The notes: generated by a model from the letters alone, not told the origin. Positions 39,810-49,618 are shown, counted from the first letter of the stretch. The stretch: DNA of 64,000 nt from Myxococcales bacterium (GCA_047601445.1 JASGJH010000001.1:4544001-4608000), one strand, 5' to 3'. Translations and numbers: made by a program.

Positions 39810-40676
39810 TCACGGGGCGAGCAGGGCCTCGCACTGAGCCGGCCAACCTTTGCCCTGCACCACGTTCTTCTGGTACTCGGTCTGGGCCTTTTTACGCTCT
39901 GCCTGGGCCTTCTCGTCGAACCACCAGTCGAGCTGGTCGCAGCCATCGCCCTCAGCGAGCGCCGCCTGGGGCTTGCAGTCCTGACTGTCGGCAGGGCACG
40001 TGAGGCGCGCGTGGAAGTGATCGTCGTGACCATGCCAGGGACGCAGCTTGCGTAGCCAGGCGCGCTGGGCGGGATCTTCGCTGGTGCACAGCTCGCGCTT
40101 GATCACCGGGTTCACGAAGATCCGGTCCACGTGGTTGTCCTCGCTGGCGATGCGCAGGATCTCGGTCACGTAGTGCTTCCACGTGGGCTGGATCTGCTGG
40201 CCCTTCTGGAGCACGCTGCGCGCCGAGGTGGTCTCGCGTGCTTCCATCGAAAGCGGCGTCTTGCGAGCGCTCTTGGGGTGCCAGAACCACACGTCCACAT
40301 CGAGCCCGCTCTGGTGGCTCGAGTGTCCGCCGTTGGCTCGCCCGCCGCGCGGCTGGCTGAGATCGCCCACCAACACCACGCCCAGCTTCTTCTTCACGGC
40401 GCGCTTGCCCATGCCCTGGATGAAGCCCAGCAAGTCCGGATGGCCGAAGTAGCGCAGCCGACTCGGGTGCATCACCTGGTACCCGACTCCGTCGAGGGCG
40501 AGTGCGTGCGCCCCCTGAATGCAGCCCGCGGAGTAGTCACCGATGGCTCGCGGCGCACCCGGCGCGGGCTCCTTGAAGTTGCCCCACGGATTGTCGGCGG
40601 GCAGCCCCATGGCGACGCCGGCCGTGAGAAGAACAAGGGAAAACGCCGACCAAGCTCGCGTCGCGCCACGCACCAT
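39810..40676 (-). CDS. mepA: Penicillin-insensitive murein endopeptidase
   Basis: GDYSAGCI.GA, RYFGHP, GDLSQPRGG..GHSSHQSGLDVD, RPWHGHDDHFHARL.CP. Confidence 0.92.
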   Translation of the reverse strand: MVRGATRAWSAFSLVLLTAGVAMGLPADNPWGNFKEPAPGAPRAIGDYSAGCIQGAHALALDGVGYQVMHPSRLRYFGHPDLLGFIQGMGKRAVKKKLGVVLVGDLSQPRGGRANGGHSSHQSGLDVDVWFWHPKSARKTPLSMEARETTSARSVLQKGQQIQPTWKHYVTEILRIASEDNHVDRIFVNPVIKRELCTSEDPAQRAWLRKLRPWHGHDDHFHARLTCPADSQDCKPQAALAEGDGCDQLDWWFDEKAQAERKKAQTEYQKNVVQGKGWPAQCEALLAP

Positions 40677-40950
40677 TCCCTCAGTATGCACGACTTCCAG
40701 GCGCTTTCGAAAAAGGGCCCAAACAGGGGAAGGCGTGGGCGCAGGTGTAGGTGAAGCCGGAGCGGTCCGTCGCGAACCTGTCACGCTGACCTGGACTTGG
40801 TCTGGGACGTTGACGGCGACGGTGTGCGTGCGCGTCACGACGTTCTGAGGTCAACGGCGAGGCGGCCACGCACACCGTCGCCGTCGCCTTCGCCGTCAAA
40901 GTTGATGTCCACCACCACGCTCACGACCAGCGAATGTCTATCAGCGCGCC

Positions 40951-42402
40951 CTAGGTCCCGCCCTCGGGACCACTGTCGTGGGGCAAGCTTCCGCGCGGCG
41001 AGCGTAGGTACACGAAGGGCGTGTAGAGCAGGAAGTTCGAGACCCTCGAGGTGTACACGTCGGCGTAGCGCTCGGTCTGATAGGCGAGCCGGCTCTTATC
41101 GTTGCCGGCGCGCATCAGCAGTCCCCAACGCGTGCTGCCGAGTTCGGCGGCTTCCTTCGCGAGCTCACCGATCTTGGCGTCGAGCGCCACCAGTTGCTGG
41201 CGCAAGTTGCTCATGCGCTGCTTGAGCTCCTTGGGCTTCTCGTCGACCTGCGGGCCGTAACCCATGTCGAGGCGCTGCAGCGCGATGCGGGCCAGGGAGA
41301 AGCGGTGCTCGAGCTCGATCTTCTCCTCCATCATGGAGAGCAGCTGGACTTGCTTGGGCTTGAAGGCCTCGAGCGCCGAAAGTTCGTTCTCGAGCTCGCG
41401 TGTGATGAGCGCCGTGCGCCAGCGCAGCACGTTCTTGCTCACGTGGACGTCGGCGTAGAGGTGGTCGCCCACGTAGAGAATCTCCTCGCCCTTCACGCCG
41501 AAGCACTGTTCCACCAGGCGCGCGTTGCCGCCGAAATAGGCGCCACCTTCCTGCAGCGGACCAAGGTGCGGCATCAACAGGCCCTGCTCCTCGTCGACGA
41601 TGCGAAACGGTTGCGAGCGCTGCTCGAAGAAGAGCGGCTTGCGGGCGCCGACGATCACCAAATCGAAGAGCTGACGGAAGGTCATCCCCTTGGGCAAATA
41701 GGGGTCGAACACGTAGGACAGCATGGCCCGCGTGTAGCTCCACTCGGAGTTGGTGATCAGCATCAGCTTCTTGCCGGCGTGCTTGAGATCGAGCAGCGCC
41801 AGCGGCAGCTCCGGGTCGAGGTCGACGAAGCGTGCGGGGTCCTTGACGATCTGCGCCTTGAGCACGCCCTCGGTGTGCGTCGCGTCCACGCTCTCTCGCA
41901 CGCGCGCGTAGAGCTCGGCGTAGCTGTGTCCCGCGCCGAGTTGCCCCGCATCCAGACGATCGACGAGCTGCAAGTAGAGGCAGGCCTCCGAGAGGGCAAA
42001 CCAGGTGTCGAGGAAGACCCAGCGTCGCTCGGACAAGTCGACGATCACACGCGAATAGCGCTCGCGTAGCCCCTCCACACCGAGCATCACGGTGCCGTGA
42101 CAGGCCTGCTTCACGAAGCCGAAGCGGTTGGTCTTGACCGCATTGCCGAGCTCCAGGTCGAGCACCAAGCCGGGCCGCACGAGATCCGGATCGAAGGACA
42201 ACCCCTGCACGTCGTAGCCCCGCGCGGCCAGGCGAGCGCGCGTGTCCTCGTAGGCCTGCTCCTCCCACTCGCGCGTGTGGTAGTGGACCAGCGTGTAGTC
42301 CATGTCGAAGCCCACCGCGCGGATGGAGCGCAGGTTGAGGGTTCGGTTGCAGAACAGGCGGCGCTCGGGCGGGATCAGGGTCGTGTCATCGTCACTCATC
42401 AC
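40951..42402 (-). CDS. HAD-IG family 5'-nucleotidase
   Basis: GFDMDYTL, LITNS, ARKP.FF, YVGDH, ERYADVYTS. Confidence 0.92.
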   Translation of the reverse strand: MMSDDDTTLIPPERRLFCNRTLNLRSIRAVGFDMDYTLVHYHTREWEEQAYEDTRARLAARGYDVQGLSFDPDLVRPGLVLDLELGNAVKTNRFGFVKQACHGTVMLGVEGLRERYSRVIVDLSERRWVFLDTWFALSEACLYLQLVDRLDAGQLGAGHSYAELYARVRESVDATHTEGVLKAQIVKDPARFVDLDPELPLALLDLKHAGKKLMLITNSEWSYTRAMLSYVFDPYLPKGMTFRQLFDLVIVGARKPLFFEQRSQPFRIVDEEQGLLMPHLGPLQEGGAYFGGNARLVEQCFGVKGEEILYVGDHLYADVHVSKNVLRWRTALITRELENELSALEAFKPKQVQLLSMMEEKIELEHRFSLARIALQRLDMGYGPQVDEKPKELKQRMSNLRQQLVALDAKIGELAKEAAELGSTRWGLLMRAGNDKSRLAYQTERYADVYTSRVSNFLLYTPFVYLRSPRGSLPHDSGPEGGT

Positions 42403-42439
42403 CCGTCAGGTAGAGCATGGCGTCCGGGCTCTCTCAACC

Positions 42440-43315
42440 TCAGTACAGGAACTCGTCGTTTCCGTCGGTCACGGTGATGAGCAGGATGGCGTTGGCCTTG
42501 GTTTCGGCAGGCAGCGCCTCGTAGACGGTGCGCAGGACGCTCGCGTGGTCTTCCGCGTAAGCGATGACGTGCAAGATGGACTTGGTCCAGCGGTCCCCGT
42601 CGGCCACGTTTGCGAGGGCCAGCTGCAGGCCGTCGAGATGGTTCTGGAGCAGCGCCGTGGCCTCCTCCGCCGTGTACGGGTCGTCGAGGGGGAAGCTGCG
42701 CGCGCGTGTGGTGTCGACAGCCGCCGTGACCCCGGCGATCTCGGCCAGGTAGTCCGGCGCGTAGAGACCAGGCGGATCGTAGTCCATGTCGTTTCTGGTC
42801 TTCAGCAGCGTGGCGCCCTCGGCGCGCACCAGTACATCCAGGCCGAGCGCCTCGTAGTCCCACGCGGCTGTGTCGAGCAGCGCCTGGGCAGCGGGGGTCA
42901 GTAGGGCAACCTCGGCGTCGCTGAACCCGTTGTCGACGCGTGTGGTGCCGAGGTCGAGGTGGTTCACGAACACCGCGGGCGCGGCCGCCGTGCCGAGCAC
43001 GTCGAGATCACCGCTCAGCGTGCCCAGGCCACCTATGGACGCATCCCCGGCGTCGTTGTCCAGGCTGCCGTCGAGGCCGGCGTCGCCCGCGTCGGGTCCG
43101 GTTCCGCCGTCGCTGTGCTCGGTGGGGAATTCCACGCCAGCGTCCATCTCGTTGCTGGAGTCGCCGTCGCCGTCGCCAGTGCTAAGGCCGCCATCGCCGC
43201 CGGCCTGGTCGCCATCGCCCTCGCCATCGGGGCTAGAGGGGAAGTCGGTCGTAGGGCCCCCTGTGCAGGCGCACAAGAGGGCCATCACGAGGAGCTGACG
43301 GGCCTGGAAGTTCAC
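42440..43315 (-). CDS. Acidic lipoprotein with CTGGPTTDFP N-terminus (start uncertain)
   Basis: Lipobox LCAC, GD/DAG linker, unrecognised C-terminal domain. Confidence 0.7.
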   Translation of the reverse strand: MNFQARQLLVMALLCACTGGPTTDFPSSPDGEGDGDQAGGDGGLSTGDGDGDSSNEMDAGVEFPTEHSDGGTGPDAGDAGLDGSLDNDAGDASIGGLGTLSGDLDVLGTAAAPAVFVNHLDLGTTRVDNGFSDAEVALLTPAAQALLDTAAWDYEALGLDVLVRAEGATLLKTRNDMDYDPPGLYAPDYLAEIAGVTAAVDTTRARSFPLDDPYTAEEATALLQNHLDGLQLALANVADGDRWTKSILHVIAYAEDHASVLRTVYEALPAETKANAILLITVTDGNDEFLY

Positions 43316-43390
43316 GACCTCCCCGTTTTGCCCTTTCGTGGTCTCCCTGTCTACATGCAAGCAGCGGGGCGGCGGGGGCCCGGGCGGACA

Positions 43391-43864
43391 CTAGTTGATG
43401 CCCGAAATATTCCCGTGCGGTGCGCCAGCCATCAATCGCAGGAACGCATCCCGCGTCACGTGCACCAGGTGCTCGTGGTCCCCCCCCTCGAAATACACCT
43501 CCTCCTGCTCCAGCAGCGAGTCGTCGACCACCGTCTCGAGCCCGTAGGCGCCCCCGAGCGGCGGGATCGCTCCCAGCTCGCAGTCGGGGAACATCAGGGC
43601 CACCTCGTCCTCCTCGGCGAGCTCGAGATTCTTGTGACCCATCATCTCCTTGAGCGCCCTGCGATCGACCTGGGCCGAAGCCGGGACCACCGCGAGCACG
43701 TAGTCATCCTCATCACAGAACAGCACCGCCTTGGCCAAACGTGACCGCGGGAGCTGGGCCGCGGACGCAGACTGTCCGCTGGTGAAACTGTGGCTATGGC
43801 CCACGGTGTCATAGTCGACGTCGCACTTGTCCATGAACGCCGTGACCGTATGTGAAAGGTACAT
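43391..43864 (-). CDS. YbaK/EbsC-family aminoacyl-tRNA deacylase
   Basis: LAKAVL, LAVVPA, FPDCELGAIPPLG, VYFEGGDH. Confidence 0.88.
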   Translation of the reverse strand: MYLSHTVTAFMDKCDVDYDTVGHSHSFTSGQSASAAQLPRSRLAKAVLFCDEDDYVLAVVPASAQVDRRALKEMMGHKNLELAEEDEVALMFPDCELGAIPPLGGAYGLETVVDDSLLEQEEVYFEGGDHEHLVHVTRDAFLRLMAGAPHGNISGIN

Positions 43865-43956
43865 GTCGCCGCCTCCTCTCCGCCGGCTCACCTGGTCTGA
43901 AGGCGGGCCTCCCTCCCAAACAAGCTAGGCCCCTGCCCCTCGAATACCAGTCCTTT

Positions 43957-43972
43957 TTGGCGCGTCGGATGC
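43957..43972 (+). promoter_or_regulatory. Possible sigma54 promoter
   Basis: TTGGCGCG-TCGG-ATGC with GG-N10-GC spacing, ~90 bp upstream of 44064. Confidence 0.3.
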
Positions 43973-44063
43973 CAAGTTGGGCTTCGCACGAGGTGAAACG
44001 AGCCGCCGACGTTGCTAAGCTGCTTTCTCGAGGCAGACCCCCGTAACCGCTGCTGGGAGACAC

Positions 44064-45542
44064 GTGGTCACTTGGATCAGGCAAAGCGTATCTCGTCAAA
44101 GCGGCGTCATCGTGGCCGCAAGCGTGGCTCTAGCTACGGCCGTCGTCTGGTGGCTTGGGCGGCTCGCGCTCATTCCTGAGCTGCCGGCTCGCAAATTCCT
44201 GGTGGGGGCGTTCGCCGTCGTGCCGGCATCCGGCTTGTTCGGCGCCTGGGTCACGCAACGCTTACTCGGCGCACGTCTCGCCCACCTGGTCGAAGTAATC
44301 GATGGTACGGGTCAGCACGACGACCTGGCTCGCATCCGCAACCTCGGCTCGGACGAGGTGGGCGCCATCGGTCGGGCCGTGAACCGCCTGCTGGCGCGCA
44401 TCACGAACATCCGGGCCAGCATGATCGACCAGGAGCGCGAACTCGGCAAAGCCCAGCGTGAGCTGCAACTGTCCACCGATCTGGCCCACAAGACCGAGGA
44501 GCTCGCGCAGCGTTTCGAAGAGCGCACGATGCTGTTCGAGATCATGCGCATGACCACCTCGAGCCAGGACCTCGACACGGTGCTGCAGAACCTGGTGGAG
44601 CGCGTGGGCAAGCTCCTGCGCATGCGTGAGGTGGTCTTCTTCATCCACCACGAGAGCAGCCAAGAGTTCGGGGTGAAGGCGGCGCGCGGATTCGCGGGCG
44701 AGGCCGACATCGTGGGGCGTCGCTTGAGCGTGGGCGAGGGCATCTCGGGCGCGGTGGGACGTACGCGCGAGCCGCTGCTGCTCGACGACGTGAGCACGGT
44801 GAGCGAGTACCAGGGCTTCTGGGGCCTGGCCGAGCGCACGGGTGGGTTGGCGGCGGTGCCAGTGACCTACCAGGAGCAACTGCTCGGCGTGCTGGCCGTG
44901 ACGCGACCGGTGGGCGATCCCATCACCGAGGTTCAGCTCAGGCTGTTGTCGGCGATCGCCGACACCGCCGCGCTCGCCATCCAGAACGCTCAGATGTTCG
45001 AGCACATGAAGGCACTCACCACGCAGGACGAGCTCACCGGCCTGCCCAACGACGCCTTGCTGCGCGATCAGCTGGAAGCGGAGATCGACCGCGCGCGCCG
45101 CTTCGAAGCGCCCCTCTCGGTGGTCGCCGTGGGCGTGGACTACCTGAGCGCCTTCAACGAGGAGTACGGCCGCGAAGAGGGCGACAAGGCCCTGCAGAGC
45201 ATCTCGCAGCTGATCGCCAAGAGCGTGCGCAAGGTGGACACGGTGGCCCGCGCGGACGACGACAACCTCGTGCTGCTCCTGCCGCGCACCGAGGGCAAAG
45301 ACGCCATCTTCCTTGCCGAAAAGCTGCGCAAAGCCGTGGCGAACCTGGGCCTACCGGCCACGCGCAAGCACAAGCTCGGCATCAGCTTGGGTGTGGCGAA
45401 CCTGATGACCACGGACGACCGCTACGGACGCCAAGTGTTGGAGCGGGCGCAGCAGGCGTTAGCGGCGGCCAAGAACGCAGGGCGCGATCGCGTCTACGTG
45501 GCCGAAGGCTCCGTGAACCGCGCGGCTTTCTCGCACGGTTGA
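44064..45542 (+). CDS. Membrane HAMP-GAF protein with degenerate GGDEF domain
   Basis: Two TMs, DEVG HAMP, GAF, DELTGLPN, RKVDTVARADDDN, AKNAGRDR. Confidence 0.85.
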   Translation: MVTWIRQSVSRQSGVIVAASVALATAVVWWLGRLALIPELPARKFLVGAFAVVPASGLFGAWVTQRLLGARLAHLVEVIDGTGQHDDLARIRNLGSDEVGAIGRAVNRLLARITNIRASMIDQERELGKAQRELQLSTDLAHKTEELAQRFEERTMLFEIMRMTTSSQDLDTVLQNLVERVGKLLRMREVVFFIHHESSQEFGVKAARGFAGEADIVGRRLSVGEGISGAVGRTREPLLLDDVSTVSEYQGFWGLAERTGGLAAVPVTYQEQLLGVLAVTRPVGDPITEVQLRLLSAIADTAALAIQNAQMFEHMKALTTQDELTGLPNDALLRDQLEAEIDRARRFEAPLSVVAVGVDYLSAFNEEYGREEGDKALQSISQLIAKSVRKVDTVARADDDNLVLLLPRTEGKDAIFLAEKLRKAVANLGLPATRKHKLGISLGVANLMTTDDRYGRQVLERAQQALAAAKNAGRDRVYVAEGSVNRAAFSHG

Positions 45543-45676
45543 GAGCGCCCCAAAGGCGGCTCTCATGGGACGGAGAGCGCCCCAAAGGCGGCTCTCATGG
45601 GACGGAGAGCGCCCCAAAGGCGGCTCTCATGGGACGGAGAGCGCCCCAAAGGCGGCTCTCATGTAGCGGAGAGCGC
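45541..45676. repeat. 32-bp palindromic unit x4 plus partial (REP-like tandem)
   Basis: GAGAGCGCCCCAAAGGCGGCTCTCATGGGACG at 45541, 45573, 45605 and a variant at 45637. Confidence 0.95.
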
Positions 45677-46507
45677 AGCGCGCACTTGAGCAGGCGTGGC
45701 CGGCGTGCGCCCGTGCTGACGTGCTTCGCGCACGACGCGCTCCACGAAGGGGGCGCTGCCTTGAGCCAACACACCACGCTCGAGATAGATGTTGTCCTCG
45801 AGCCCGACACGCACATGGCCTCCGAGTTCCAGCGCCACACTCAGCATGGGCGCCTGGTGTCGACCCACCGCAGCCACGCCCCAATGGGTGCCTGGCGGTA
45901 GCTCGCTCGCGAAGAACCGCAGCACGTTCTCGCGCGCACCTAGCGCGCCCGGTACGCCGAGCACCAGCTGCACCCAGAAAGGGCGCCCAATCAGCCCTGC
46001 CCGCTCGAGGGCCAGTGCATTGTCCAGATGGCCGAGCTCGTACAGCTCGAGCTCCGGCTGAGCCCCTGCCGCGCGAATGCGCCGGGCCACTTCCCGCATG
46101 TCCGGCATGGAGTTCTCGAAGACTTCTTCGCCGAAGTTGATCGACCCGCAATTCAAGGTGGCCATCTCGGGCGACGCCATCAACCCACCGAGGCGCTCCT
46201 CGATGGACATGCCCACCGCGCCGCCCGTCGATACTTGCACCACGATGTCGGTGCGAGCTCGGATGGCCGCCACGGCCTCCTCGAAACGCGCACGGTCTTG
46301 GCTCGGTTTGCCGTCCTCGGTGCGCACGTGCAGATGCACGATAGAGGCCCCCGCGTCGGCGCAGCGGCGCGCCTCCTCCGCGATCTCCTGGGCCGAATAG
46401 GGCACGTGCGGACTTTGCTCACGCGTCACTTCGGCGCCCACGATGGCCGCCGTGATCACCACGACGTCGCCGTGAAGCGCCGCCCCTCCATCGCGCGCGG
46501 CGCTCAT
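45659..46507 (-). CDS. kce: 3-keto-5-aminohexanoate cleavage enzyme (BKACE family)
   Basis: ITAAIVGAE, HLHVR, STGG, ATLNCGSINF, HVRVGLEDN; context with kamDE and kal. Confidence 0.9.
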   Translation of the reverse strand: MSAARDGGAALHGDVVVITAAIVGAEVTREQSPHVPYSAQEIAEEARRCADAGASIVHLHVRTEDGKPSQDRARFEEAVAAIRARTDIVVQVSTGGAVGMSIEERLGGLMASPEMATLNCGSINFGEEVFENSMPDMREVARRIRAAGAQPELELYELGHLDNALALERAGLIGRPFWVQLVLGVPGALGARENVLRFFASELPPGTHWGVAAVGRHQAPMLSVALELGGHVRVGLEDNIYLERGVLAQGSAPFVERVVREARQHGRTPATPAQVRAALSAT

Positions 46508-46535
46508 GGGCGCTCCGCAGCATCACATGCCGCGC

Positions 46536-46940
46536 TCATGCGCGCTCCGCCGGCGAGCGCTGGCAAGCGCGCGGCACCACGCAGGTGCCCACGGCGCGAC
46601 ACACCACCACGGGCTCGGGCAACACGTTGGCCGCACTCACGGCAAGCGCCGGGTCCCTGGCCAACTCGATGACCTTGCGCGCCGTAAAGCGGATCTTGCG
46701 GCTGGTGGCGCCCGCCGCCACGAGCTCGGCCTCCACCTCCAGCACGTCCCCCGCGCGTACCGGGGCCAAGAACTCCACGCTCTCGTAGGCGCGAAACAGG
46801 CCCTCGTCGCCGTCGTGTCGCACCAAGAGCTCCGTGGCCACGTCCCCGAACAGGCCGAGGCAGCGCGCGCCGTCCACGAGCTCTCCGGCGTAGTGCGCGT
46901 CGTGACTCGACATCCTCAGGCGGTGCATCACGCGGAGCAC
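46536..46940 (-). CDS. kal: 3-aminobutyryl-CoA ammonia lyase (hotdog fold)
   Basis: [33 protein letters not shown]. Confidence 0.9.
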   Translation of the reverse strand: MLRVMHRLRMSSHDAHYAGELVDGARCLGLFGDVATELLVRHDGDEGLFRAYESVEFLAPVRAGDVLEVEAELVAAGATSRKIRFTARKVIELARDPALAVSAANVLPEPVVVCRAVGTCVVPRACQRSPAERA

Positions 46941-47692
46941 TTGAGACCTCGCTTCTCGAACACGCGCATGGCCAAGAACGACGCCACGTGCTTGGGCAAC
47001 GTACCCGGCCCGAAGCCGCCGTCGAAGCCGAGCTCCACGGCCAACCGCTGATCGATGCGGGGACCTCCGAGCAGCAGCACGAAGCGCTCGCGCTCGCGCC
47101 GCTCGAGCAGGAGATTCACCAGAGCTCGCGCGTTCTCCTTGTGACAGCCGCGCTGCGTGATCACCTGGCTCACCAGGATGGCGTCGGCGCCCACGGCGCG
47201 CGCACGGGTGAGGAGAGCCTCGTTCTCTACCTGGGCGCCCAGGTTGTACGCCTCGAACGCTTTATAAGCTTCGAGCCCCTTTTCGCCTGCGTAGCCCTTG
47301 AGGTTCAAGATGGCGTCGATGCCCACGGTATGCGCGTCGGATCCCGTGCAAGCACCGACCAGCACGATCTTGCGTCCCAGCCGCTCCATCACGAGGGCGT
47401 CGACCTCGTCGCGCTCGAGCTCGGGAATGTCGAGCTGCGGCACTTCGATGCGCGCCACATCCACCGTGTGCTTGGAGCGCCCGTAGACGACGAAGTAGCT
47501 GTGCTCGGGTCCACACTCTTCCATGCAGGTGACCAGGATATCCTCGAGCCCGTGGGCCTGGGCGAAGCGGCGCGCCGCCTCCTTGGCACGCGGCGAAGGC
47601 AACATCTCGAGCGTGAAGCTCAGCTGCACCATGCCGTCCCCTGCACGGTCCCCGTAGGCACGCAGAATCTTCGGTCGATCGGAGCGCATCAT
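46928..47692 (-). CDS. kamE: Lysine 5,6-aminomutase beta subunit (B12-binding)
   Basis: [29 protein letters not shown] (DxHxxG plus PLP Lys), GGPRI, GFGPG. Confidence 0.92.
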   Translation of the reverse strand: MMRSDRPKILRAYGDRAGDGMVQLSFTLEMLPSPRAKEAARRFAQAHGLEDILVTCMEECGPEHSYFVVYGRSKHTVDVARIEVPQLDIPELERDEVDALVMERLGRKIVLVGACTGSDAHTVGIDAILNLKGYAGEKGLEAYKAFEAYNLGAQVENEALLTRARAVGADAILVSQVITQRGCHKENARALVNLLLERRERERFVLLLGGPRIDQRLAVELGFDGGFGPGTLPKHVASFLAMRVFEKRGLKCSA

Positions 47693-49314
47693 GGTCGGCC
47701 CTCCAGCTGTTCGAGCAATGGGTTCAAGTAGTCCGGGCCGCGGGCCACCACGCCGTGCAGCCCCTTGCCGCCGGTGGGCTCGCGCTTCACGTCGGCAAAC
47801 GCGCCGCGACTGATGGCTTTCCAGAGGGTCTCGGCGCGCACGCTCTCGAGGAGATCGAGAGCCCGACTCAGCACTTCGTGCACGCGGCGCGCGATGCGTC
47901 CGTCGGGTTTGAAGCGAATCTCCTCCCCGAGATGTTTGGCCGCGTTGAACACGTAGCGTGTGGCCTTGAGCGCGAGATGGCGGTCCATCATCAACGGGTT
48001 GTGGATGGCCTCGCTGAACATCCCGAGCAGCTCGATGCTCTGACCGGTGGTGATGCCGACCAGGCTGAACAGAGCGTCGTGAACGTGGCTCTGGAAGATG
48101 TCCCCCGTTTTGTGCTTGGTGGGAGGCATCCACTTGATGGGGTGGCGCGGGAAAATCTGGCGTACGAGCTGCGCCTGGGCGAGCTCGAGCAGGAAGCTGT
48201 CCTCGAGCCAGGGGTCGATCTCGTAGGCGTGGCCGAGCCCGATCAGCTCGTCGTCGAGGCCCGCCCGATGAGCGAACGCCTCGTTGATGAACTGGCTGGC
48301 CAGCACCGTGTGGGCCGCCTCGACGGCGTCGGCCGTGGTGAGATAGTTGTCTTCTCCGGTGTTGATGATGATGCGCGCGCGACCGATGATGCGGCGCGAG
48401 AAATACTGATCGACCAGGGTGCGACGCATGTTGATGTCGCGAAACAAGATGCCGTACATCGAGTCGTTGAGCAGCATGTCGAGCCGCTCCACGGCCGCCA
48501 TCCAGGCGATCTCGCTCATGCACAACCCGGAGCTGTAGTTGGTCGCCATCACGTAGCGGCCGAGCTCGCGCGAGGTCTCGTCGAGGGCCGCGCGGATGAT
48601 GCGGAAGTTCTCCTGCGTGGCAAAGGTGCCGCCGTAGCCCTCGGTGGTGGCGCCGTGGGGCACGTAGTCGAGCAAGCTCTGCGCGGTGGCGCGGATGACC
48701 GCGACCACGTCGGCGCCCGAGCGCGCAGCAGCCTGGGCTTGCACGGCATCGTCGTGGATGTTCCCCGTGGCGACGATCACGTACTTCCAGGGGTTCTCTG
48801 CCATGCCGTAGCTGGCGCGCTGCGCTTCGCGCGCGAGGCGCGCCTGGTCGATGCGCGCGAGCCCGGAGCTCACGTGCGGCGCCAGCAGCGCGCGCAGCTC
48901 AGCCGCGCTCGGCTCGGGGCGGTTCTCGGGTAGCGACGCGAGTGAGTGGCCGTAAGCGAGCTGTTCGGCCGCCTCCTGCAGCGAACACCTGTCGCGCAGC
49001 ATGGCTTCGGCGAGCGCCCACGAGATGCCGCGTCCGAGGTCGCCGCGTCCCTGCACGCGCTCCACCAGCGTGTTCACGAGCGGCGTGCCGCGATCGTCCA
49101 CGCCCTCGACACCCAGCGCGCGCGCCACCGTGCGCTCCACGCCCGTGGTGGTGTGCGCGTCGATGAAGCCCTGCACCTCGTCCGCGATCTCGGACGATAG
49201 CTGACGACAACGATCCACCAGCTCCTGCTGGATCTCCACCCGTGGACCACGCACCGGAGCCGCGCCCGCGTCAGCGAGCTCGCGTGCGGACCCACCCGCT
49301 TCGAAGTGCGCCAT
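47689..49314 (-). CDS. kamD: Lysine 5,6-aminomutase alpha subunit
   Basis: YVIVATGNI, QSLLDYVP.GAT.EG.GGTFATQENF, NYSSGLCM.E, MPPTK. Confidence 0.95.
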   Translation of the reverse strand: MAHFEAGGSARELADAGAAPVRGPRVEIQQELVDRCRQLSSEIADEVQGFIDAHTTTGVERTVARALGVEGVDDRGTPLVNTLVERVQGRGDLGRGISWALAEAMLRDRCSLQEAAEQLAYGHSLASLPENRPEPSAAELRALLAPHVSSGLARIDQARLAREAQRASYGMAENPWKYVIVATGNIHDDAVQAQAAARSGADVVAVIRATAQSLLDYVPHGATTEGYGGTFATQENFRIIRAALDETSRELGRYVMATNYSSGLCMSEIAWMAAVERLDMLLNDSMYGILFRDINMRRTLVDQYFSRRIIGRARIIINTGEDNYLTTADAVEAAHTVLASQFINEAFAHRAGLDDELIGLGHAYEIDPWLEDSFLLELAQAQLVRQIFPRHPIKWMPPTKHKTGDIFQSHVHDALFSLVGITTGQSIELLGMFSEAIHNPLMMDRHLALKATRYVFNAAKHLGEEIRFKPDGRIARRVHEVLSRALDLLESVRAETLWKAISRGAFADVKREPTGGKGLHGVVARGPDYLNPLLEQLEGRP

Positions 49315-49335
49315 GCGTCACCGCCTCCGCTCAAT

Positions 49336-49418
49336 GCGGGGAGGTCACGCGACCTCCCCGCCCGTCGCGGCAAAGCCGCGCCGGGACCCACCTCACCGCG
49401 AGGTTCGCTTCGCTCACG
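49336..49418 (-). repeat. Dispersed structured intergenic element, copy 1
   Basis: GGGGAGGTC..GACCTCCCC hairpin, GCGGC-AAA-GCCGC hairpin, CCGCGAGGTTCGC; second copy at 54186. Confidence 0.8.
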
Positions 49419-49618
49419 GGCGTGCGAACCCCTGCCAGGGCAGCCTACCTCGGTGGCGAAAACGACTTTGTGCCACAGCGCCGAGACGGCCTTTGCGCAC
49501 GCAATTAGGAGATTATGAGGCTTCTAGCTGCACCGCAAGAGCGCCCACAAAATCAGGTGAGCAACAGTACGCGCCGCGTGCGTCATCCACGTTCCAGGGA
49601 CGCGACGCGGGCACTGCG

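Noticed and set aside
45541..45676. Possible CRISPR array
   Set aside because: Units are head-to-tail with no unique spacers and there are no cas genes in the window.
49320..49610. Cobalamin or lysine riboswitch upstream of kamD
   Set aside because: Could not identify the conserved B12-box or lysine riboswitch core by eye; needs an Rfam scan.
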